Shown piece after piece: positions 57,982 to 64,000 of a stretch of DNA of 64,000 nt (positions are counted from its first letter, which is position 1; each line of letters starts with the position of its first letter). Origin of the DNA: Nanobdellota archaeon (lineage in GTDB: Archaea > Nanobdellota > Nanobdellia > Pacearchaeales > GW2011-AR1); contig JAUYIO010000021.1 in NCBI GenBank assembly GCA_030688225.1, positions 12,080 to 76,079 of the forward strand, in the 5' to 3' direction. The notes under the pieces are model-generated. The model was given only the letters and a program-made list of their open reading frames with translations, had not been told where the DNA came from and did not search any database. Both the position numbers and the translations under genes were made by a program.

Positions 57982-58772
57982 AATCAAAAATATTAACTAT
58001 TGACGGAAAAGAAAAAGGAACAGTTGAACTTCCGAAATGTTTTTCACAGCCTGTAAGAGAAGACTTGATTATGAAAGTTCTTGAAGCTAAAAAAAGAAAA
58101 CAGCCTTATGCTCCGTCGCTGGTTGGAGGGAAACAATCTTCTGCAAGTGGAAAATTAGTTCATAGAAGACATGTTTGGAAATCTCAGTATGGGAGAGGAA
58201 TGTCAAGAGTTCCAAGAAAATCTCTTTCACGAAGAGGAACACAATTTAACTGGGTTGGTGCAGAAGTTCCTAACACAAGAGGTGGAAGAAGAGCTCATCC
58301 TCCAAAAATTATTGGAATGATTAACACGAATAAAATAAACAAGAAAGAAGAAAAAATAGCTTTAATGTCTGCAATAAGTGCGACTGCAAATGAAAAAATG
58401 ATAAATAAAAAATATGAAAAAATAGACCATGCAAAAAATCTTCCTTTGATTGTTGAGTCAGGAATAACAAAATTAAAAACAAAAGAATTGCTTTCTTCAC
58501 TAAAGAAAATTTTAGGAGAATTGTTTGAAGTTGCTCTGCAGAAAAAGAAAGTGAGAAGTGGAAAAGGAAAATTAAGGGGAAGAAAATACAAGAAGAATGC
58601 AGGATTGCTTCTTGTCGTAGGAAAAGATGAAAAAATAAAAACAAGTGCTTTTGATATTTCAGATGTAAAAAGTCTTGGAATCAACGACGTTGCCAAAGGT
58701 GGTGCTGGAAGATTAACTATTTACACTGAAAATGCAATTAAAAATCTTGGAGAGAGGTTTAAAGAAAAATGA
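57978..58772 (+). CDS. rpl4: ribosomal protein L4
   Basis: uL4 pattern. Confidence 0.9.
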   Translation: MKSKILTIDGKEKGTVELPKCFSQPVREDLIMKVLEAKKRKQPYAPSLVGGKQSSASGKLVHRRHVWKSQYGRGMSRVPRKSLSRRGTQFNWVGAEVPNTRGGRRAHPPKIIGMINTNKINKKEEKIALMSAISATANEKMINKKYEKIDHAKNLPLIVESGITKLKTKELLSSLKKILGELFEVALQKKKVRSGKGKLRGRKYKKNAGLLLVVGKDEKIKTSAFDISDVKSLGINDVAKGGAGRLTIYTENAIKNLGERFKEK

Positions 58773-59014
58773 CTACCTTAAAACCGATTATAACTGAAAA
58801 AGCAGTGATGATGATTGAAAGAGAAAATGTTTTGACATTCGTATTAGACAAAAATATGGACAAAGATGAAATCAAAAAAGAAGTTGAAGAAATTTTCAAC
58901 GTGAAAGTTGAGAAAATTAGAACATTGATTAGAGGAAATAAAAAACAAGCTTATGTTAAATTAAAAAAAGAATTTCCAGCTATTGACTTGGCTACGAAAT
59001 TGGAGTTAATATAA
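58769..59014 (+). CDS. rpl23: ribosomal protein L23
   Basis: uL23 pattern, 81 aa. Confidence 0.85.
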   Translation: MTTLKPIITEKAVMMIERENVLTFVLDKNMDKDEIKKEVEEIFNVKVEKIRTLIRGNKKQAYVKLKKEFPAIDLATKLELI

Positions 59015-59224
59015 ATGGGTAAAAAATTATTAGAAACAAATTTAGGAAATTGGGGAGAAACTGCATTCGTATATAATGGAAAAAGGGTTATGGATTTACA
59101 AGAATTGCCAGAAATATTAAGTAAAGAATGTAATCCTTATATTACTGGAAATAATGAAGGAGTTATAGTTTATCTTTCTAAAGAAGAATTTGAGAAAATA
59201 AAACAAAAGACAAACATAAAATAA
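59015..59224 (+). CDS. hypothetical small protein inserted between rpl23 and rpl2
   Basis: 69 aa ORF; C-terminal GVIVYLSKEEFEKIK is antitoxin-like (weak). Confidence 0.35.
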   Translation: MGKKLLETNLGNWGETAFVYNGKRVMDLQELPEILSKECNPYITGNNEGVIVYLSKEEFEKIKQKTNIK

Positions 59225-59225
59225 A

Positions 59226-59924
59226 ATGGGAAAAAGAATAATTGTTCAGGCGCGTGGAAAAGGAAGTCATACTTACAGAGTCAGAAGACAAGCATTTAGA
59301 TTTAAACTGCAATTCCCAAAAATGCTCTCTGGAGAAGGAACTGTTTTAAAACTGATGAACTCTGCAGGACATAGTGCTCCGTTGGCCAAAGTAAAATATG
59401 AAAAAGGAAGTTTTTACATCCCTGCTTTCAAAGGCATGGTTGAAGGACAAAAATTGAATTTTGAAGGAAAAGAAATAAAAGAAGGAAATATAATGAGATT
59501 GAGAGATATTCCAATAAAAACATTTGTTTATAATGTTGAATCAAGGCCTGGGGATGGAGGGATTTTCATAAAAACTGCAGGAAGCTCTGCAATAATTAAT
59601 AGAAAAATGGAAAAAAGTGTTTTTGTGGTTATGCCTTCAAAAAAAGAAAAGAAATTTAATGAAAATTGCAGAGCAATTGTAGGGGAAATTGCTGGAACAG
59701 GAAGACTTGACAAACCACTCATGAAAGCTGGTAAGCAATTTCACATCAAAAAATCAAAAAGTAAATTATGGCCAAGAACATCTGCAGTAAAGATGAATGT
59801 AATAGATCATCCATTTGGTTCTGGTAGAGGAAAAAATCCTAAGAGCAAAGTTGCGAAGAGGAATGCTCCTCCTGGAAGAAGAGTTGGATTGTTAAGGCCA
59901 AGAAGAACAGGACACAGAAAATGA
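59226..59924 (+). CDS. rpl2: ribosomal protein L2
   Basis: uL2 pattern. Confidence 0.9.
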   Translation: MGKRIIVQARGKGSHTYRVRRQAFRFKLQFPKMLSGEGTVLKLMNSAGHSAPLAKVKYEKGSFYIPAFKGMVEGQKLNFEGKEIKEGNIMRLRDIPIKTFVYNVESRPGDGGIFIKTAGSSAIINRKMEKSVFVVMPSKKEKKFNENCRAIVGEIAGTGRLDKPLMKAGKQFHIKKSKSKLWPRTSAVKMNVIDHPFGSGRGKNPKSKVAKRNAPPGRRVGLLRPRRTGHRK

Positions 59925-60328
59925 GAACAAAAAAAATAATTAAACAAATATCCCGAAGAGAAAAATTGAAATCTCCTAAAAATATTCCTGTTGAAAAAAG
60001 ACACGGAAAGATAAAGATTACTGAAATAAGTAATAGAGAGGAATTGAGATACTTAACTCGGGGAGCAGTGATACAGACTAATTACGGAAATTTAACTTTT
60101 GCTCATTTTTATAAGGGGAAAAATGAAGTTGAATTCATCAAACAACTTGATAAAGAAAGAGGGAAGATAATTTCCTATGATGTAGATATAAGAAACGGGA
60201 GTATAAACCTAATTGGAAAAGGCTTGGAGATAAAAAGTTGCCCTTTTGTATTATATTCTGAACAGAGTAAAGAAGAATATGAAATCAGAAAGAGGATATT
60301 AACTAAAGCAGGATTATGGAGAAACTAA
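59921..60328 (+). CDS. hypothetical protein inserted between rpl2 and rps19
   Basis: 135 aa basic ORF. Confidence 0.35.
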   Translation: MRTKKIIKQISRREKLKSPKNIPVEKRHGKIKITEISNREELRYLTRGAVIQTNYGNLTFAHFYKGKNEVEFIKQLDKERGKIISYDVDIRNGSINLIGKGLEIKSCPFVLYSEQSKEEYEIRKRILTKAGLWRN

Positions 60329-60329
60329 A

Positions 60330-60728
60330 ATGGAAAACGTAGAAAAAAAACAATTAACATTCAGAGGAAAAACAATTGAAGAATTGCAAAAGCTAGATGT
60401 GAGAGAATCTGCAAAATATTTCAAATCTCGTCAGAGAAGAGCTGTATTGAGACAGTTCCAGGAAATTGAGAATTTTATTAAGAGAGCACAAGTAAAACTT
60501 TCCAAAAATAAACCAATCAAAACTCATTTCAGAGAACTAGTAATTGTTCCTCAGATGGTTGGAATGAAATTACAAATTTATAATGGTAAAACTTTTGTCC
60601 CTGTAGAAATTACTGGAGAGATGCTTGGGCACAGATTTGGAGAATTTTCACCGACGAGAACAAAGGTTAAACACGGAAGTGCAGGAGTTGGTGCGACAAG
60701 AGGAACTAAACATAAAGCTAAGAAATAA
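60330..60728 (+). CDS. rps19: ribosomal protein S19
   Basis: uS19 pattern. Confidence 0.9.
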   Translation: MENVEKKQLTFRGKTIEELQKLDVRESAKYFKSRQRRAVLRQFQEIENFIKRAQVKLSKNKPIKTHFRELVIVPQMVGMKLQIYNGKTFVPVEITGEMLGHRFGEFSPTRTKVKHGSAGVGATRGTKHKAKK

Positions 60729-60729
60729 A

Positions 60730-61053
60730 ATGAGAACAATAAATGTATACGATACTGCAAAGGGAAGAGACATAATGAATTATTTAGCAAATAATGGAAT
60801 AGATAGTGATAGTATTCAAATTTGGGGGCATAAAAATCAAGTTGAGGTAAGTGATGAGGAAATTTTCCAGAAAATTGTTAAAGTTACAGGGCAAAAACAA
60901 TTAAGAAAATTTCACGGCTTAGATTTTTGGACAAAGATTCCTCGTGATGGAAGCAATTCTCCTCACGAAATTTTAGTTTGTTTAGATATGGAAAGAACCC
61001 AACAATTTTTAAGAAAATACGGAAGAGAATACGAGGTAGTTAGAATAAAATGA
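60730..61053 (+). CDS. hypothetical protein inserted between rps19 and rpl22
   Basis: 107 aa; ATG at 60730 one nt after rps19 stop; the longer track ORF would overlap rps19. Confidence 0.35.
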   Translation: MRTINVYDTAKGRDIMNYLANNGIDSDSIQIWGHKNQVEVSDEEIFQKIVKVTGQKQLRKFHGLDFWTKIPRDGSNSPHEILVCLDMERTQQFLRKYGREYEVVRIK

Positions 61054-61676
61054 CAGAAAAAGATTACAATCCAGAGAGAAGGAATAAAAAAGTTATGGAG
61101 AATTCTAAATTAAATTCTCCGAAACCAACTACAAATCCTGAAATAAAAAAGACAGCAAATCAAACCAAAGAAGAAATCAAAAAAGAAGAACAAAAAAATG
61201 ATGAAAAGAAAGTTGAAGAAAAAGCAAAACCTGTTCAAAAGAAACCTGTTGTAAAGAAAAATGAGGCTATTGTTAGAGGAAGTAGTCTTGCAATCTCTAC
61301 AAAAGTTTCAAGAGATATTTGCAAATTTATCAAGAACAAAAAAATCAGCGACGCTGTTGCAGATTTGGAGATGGTAATAAGAAAGAAAAAAGCAGTTCCA
61401 ATGAAAGGGGAAATCCCTCACAGAAAAGGGAAAATAATGGCAGGAAGATTTCCTAAAAATGCTTCAGAAGAATTTGTAAAGATGTTAAAAACACTTGGGG
61501 CAAATTCAAATGTGAATGGATTAGAAAATCCAATAATTACTGAAGCTATTGCAAATATTGCTCCGCGTCCTTTTGGAAAATTCGGAAGAGTTAGAAGAAA
61601 AAGAACACATGTTTTAATTAAATGCAAGGAAAAGAAAAATGTTACAGAAAGCAAAAATAAGGAGAATAAAAAATAA
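61050..61676 (+). CDS. rpl22: ribosomal protein L22 with K/E-rich N-terminal extension
   Basis: uL22 pattern. Confidence 0.85.
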   Translation: MTEKDYNPERRNKKVMENSKLNSPKPTTNPEIKKTANQTKEEIKKEEQKNDEKKVEEKAKPVQKKPVVKKNEAIVRGSSLAISTKVSRDICKFIKNKKISDAVADLEMVIRKKKAVPMKGEIPHRKGKIMAGRFPKNASEEFVKMLKTLGANSNVNGLENPIITEAIANIAPRPFGKFGRVRRKRTHVLIKCKEKKNVTESKNKENKK

Positions 61677-61731
61677 TGGAAGCAAATTATAAATTTTCAC
61701 ACATTAAAAAATTACTTGGAGGTTATTTTTA

Positions 61732-62430
61732 ATGGAAGAAAGAAAAACTGTTAATTTTAAGAAAGAAGAATACAATATTCGTGAATATATCAAAAATTTC
61801 ATCGGGAAAGGAAAAGTTAGCAGAGTTAAAATTGAATACACTCCTATGGGAGAAAAGATAATCGTGTCAACGAATAAACCTGGTTTGGTTATTGGAAGAG
61901 GGGGAGAGAAAATTGAAGAATTGACAAAAGTTTTGAAAGATAAATTTAAACTTGAAAATCCAAGAATTGAAATTGACGAGATAAGAGAAGCTGAATTAGA
62001 TGCGCAGATAATGGCTGATGAAATTGCGTTGGGATTGGAAAGATTAGGGCCTATAAAATTCAAAGTTATTGCATACAAAACATTGCAGAAGATAATGGAC
62101 AGAGGAGCTTTAGGAGTTGAAATAAGATTGAACGGAAAACTTCCAGGTGCAAGAGCAAAAGCATGGAGATTTGCACAGGGATATTTGAAAAAAGTCGGAG
62201 ACAGTGCAAAAGTTGTAGATAAAGCTCAAGCAAGAGCTGAAACAAAACCTGGAACAGTAGGAGTAAAAGTTAGCATTTTATCCCCTTATGTGAAATTAAA
62301 AGATAATGTTGTTATTGATGAGAATTTTTTAAAAAAAATAAAAGATAACGAAGGGAAAATGGAAGATGAAAAAGAAAAAAAGACAATTAAAAAACCAAGA
62401 AAAACAACTAAAAAAATTGAAGGAAAATGA
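61732..62430 (+). CDS. rps3: ribosomal protein S3
   Basis: KH domain GLVIGRGGEKIEEL. Confidence 0.9.
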   Translation: MEERKTVNFKKEEYNIREYIKNFIGKGKVSRVKIEYTPMGEKIIVSTNKPGLVIGRGGEKIEELTKVLKDKFKLENPRIEIDEIREAELDAQIMADEIALGLERLGPIKFKVIAYKTLQKIMDRGALGVEIRLNGKLPGARAKAWRFAQGYLKKVGDSAKVVDKAQARAETKPGTVGVKVSILSPYVKLKDNVVIDENFLKKIKDNEGKMEDEKEKKTIKKPRKTTKKIEGK

Positions 62431-62624
62431 AAAACAAAGAACTTAAACAACTGACAAAAGAAGATAGAGAGAAAAGACTAAAAGAATTAAAGCTTGAATT
62501 AATAAAATCAAAAGGAAAAGCATCTAAAACAGGAAATGCAAAAACAAAAGAAATCAAAAAAATAATTGCAAGAATTATCATGCTCAACAAAACTGATTCA
62601 TCAGGGGAGTTGAAAAATAAATAA
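62427..62624 (+). CDS. rpl29: ribosomal protein L29
   Basis: uL29 helical pattern. Confidence 0.8.
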   Translation: MKNKELKQLTKEDREKRLKELKLELIKSKGKASKTGNAKTKEIKKIIARIIMLNKTDSSGELKNK

Positions 62625-62626
62625 CT

Positions 62627-62923
62627 ATGGAAATATGTCCAAAATGCGGCTTGCCGAAGCAAGCCTGTGTGTGCGAACAGATTGTAAAAGGTTCGCAGAG
62701 GATAAAGGTAACAACCACAAAGAAGCGATATGGAAAAATCGTGACGATTGTTACTGGATTTGACAGCGGAATCGACGTAAAGAAGATCGCAAAAAGCCTG
62801 AAAAATGAGCTTGCTTGCGGTGGGACTTACAAAGGCGATTCAATTGAATTGCAAGGAGACCACAAGAAGAGAATAAAAGAACTTCTTGTTAAACTTGGAT
62901 TTGATGAAGAGTCAATAGAATAA
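62627..62923 (+). CDS. sui1: translation initiation factor SUI1 (aIF1)
   Basis: N-terminal C-x2-C...C-x-C; KKRYGKIVTIVTGF. Confidence 0.85.
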   Translation: MEICPKCGLPKQACVCEQIVKGSQRIKVTTTKKRYGKIVTIVTGFDSGIDVKKIAKSLKNELACGGTYKGDSIELQGDHKKRIKELLVKLGFDEESIE

Positions 62924-62951
62924 CTTCCTTTATCACACAAGAAAAAAGAAA

Positions 62952-63305
62952 ATGGAAAAGAAAACAAAGAAAAAAACAGAAGAGAAAGCAGAAAACATAG
63001 CTGGAACTATGTGCAACGACAAAACTTGCCCAAAACATGGTAATTTAAAAATCAGAGGAAAAATCTTTGAAGGGAAAGTAACAAAGAAATTCCTTAAGAG
63101 AGTTGTTGTTGAATTTGAAAGAATGGTTTATATTAGAAAATATGAGAGGTATGCAAAAGCCAGAACAAAAATACATGCGAGATTGCCGACTTGTCTTGAA
63201 AATGAAATTCACGTAGGAGATTTAATAAAAGTCCAAGAATGCAGACCTTTAAGCAAGATAATTCATTTTGCAGTCATTGGAAAAATCGGAGGAAAAAGTA
63301 AATGA
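62952..63305 (+). CDS. rps17: ribosomal protein S17
   Basis: uS17 OB fold, HVGDLIKVQECRPLSK. Confidence 0.85.
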   Translation: MEKKTKKKTEEKAENIAGTMCNDKTCPKHGNLKIRGKIFEGKVTKKFLKRVVVEFERMVYIRKYERYAKARTKIHARLPTCLENEIHVGDLIKVQECRPLSKIIHFAVIGKIGGKSK

Positions 63306-63703
63306 AATCAATTTCGGCAAGAGCAACAGCAGGATTGAATTTAGGTGCAAAAGTAATTGCTGCGGACAATAGTGGGGCAGAGATTGTTAGACTCGTCGGA
63401 GTTAAGAGAGGAAAAGGAAAAAAAGGAAAACAAATGTGTGCTAAAATTGCAGACTGGGTAAAAGTTAGTGTGAAGAAAGGGATTCCGGACATGAAAGGGA
63501 AAGTATTTGATGCAGTTGTTATAAGACAAAAAAAATCGTACAGAAGATTAAACGGAGAAAGAATTGCATTTGAAGATAATGCGGTTGCAATATTAAAGGA
63601 CGAAAAAGGAAATCCAAAAGGAACAAAAATCAAAGGACCAATTGCAAGGGAGGTTCAGGAGCGATGGGGAAGTGTTGCAAAAATCGCTTCAATTGTATAT
63701 TAA
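63302..63703 (+). CDS. rpl14: ribosomal protein L14
   Basis: AADNSGAEIVRLVGV. Confidence 0.9.
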   Translation: MKSISARATAGLNLGAKVIAADNSGAEIVRLVGVKRGKGKKGKQMCAKIADWVKVSVKKGIPDMKGKVFDAVVIRQKKSYRRLNGERIAFEDNAVAILKDEKGNPKGTKIKGPIAREVQERWGSVAKIASIVY

Positions 63704-63704
63704 G

Positions 63705-63950
63705 ATGAAAGATAAAAATAAATATTTAGATGGAAGAAGTGCTGTTAAAAAAATGAGGGATTTATTGGGAGATATATGGAGACAAAATGAGTTAAGACCA
63801 TTTTATAATGAAAGTCTTGAATGGATAAATAAAAATTATAAGGAAGCAAGAGATTCAGCAATAGCTTTTGGGAAAGATGTATCGAGATATCCAAAAAAGA
63901 TAAGATGGCAAACAGCAGGATTAGAAATTATAGAGGGGGTTAGAAGTTGA
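63705..63950 (+). CDS. hypothetical small protein inserted between rpl14 and rpl24
   Basis: 81 aa; ATG 2 nt after rpl14 stop. Confidence 0.3.
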   Translation: MKDKNKYLDGRSAVKKMRDLLGDIWRQNELRPFYNESLEWINKNYKEARDSAIAFGKDVSRYPKKIRWQTAGLEIIEGVRS

Positions 63951-63954
63951 TAAA

Positions 63955-64000
63955 ATGAAAAAGAAATTTTCAACAGCGTGGAAAGCAAGCAAACAGCCTC
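63955..64000 (+). CDS. rpl24: ribosomal protein L24 (5-prime partial, runs off window)
   Basis: MKKKFSTAWKASKQP: SKQP(RKQR) start typical of archaeal uL24. Confidence 0.5.
   Translation, partial: MKKKFSTAWKASKQP

Noticed and set aside
60625-60729. Longer N-terminus of the 142-aa track ORF overlapping rps19 in another frame
   Set aside because: It overlaps the conserved S19 C-terminus; an ATG one nt after the rps19 stop gives a clean operon junction

Overview
AT-rich (about 30% GC) archaeal genomic window with very high coding density. Gene content (class I LysRS, PCNA, fused PriS-PriL primase, Spt5, RpoP, aIF5A, SUI1, e-type ribosomal proteins, form III RuBisCO with AMP phosphorylase) and many small ORFans point to a small-genome, likely DPANN-like archaeon. 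Core content: three tRNAs (Phe-GAA, Pro-UGG, Ser-UGA); a ftsZ-secE-[lipoprotein]-spt5-rpl11-tRNAPro-rpl37ae-rpoP-pfdB-sepF block on the minus strand; an L1-P0-L12 cluster; and the main r-protein operon L3-L4-L23-L2-S19-L22-S3-L29-SUI1-S17-L14-L24. That operon is interrupted by four lineage-specific small ORFs. Accessory content includes a 7-gene plus-strand cluster of class-III-signal (type IV pilin-like) and Cys-rich surface proteins (20.7-27.5 kb), a candidate S-layer gene with strong RBS and terminator, a membrane/surface island with an exosortase-like protein, and C-terminally anchored surface proteins sharing 6-Cys stalk modules. Three small conserved genes missing from the ORF track were recovered by eye: rpoP, secE, rpl40e. 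No CRISPR array, rRNA or obvious mobile element was seen.
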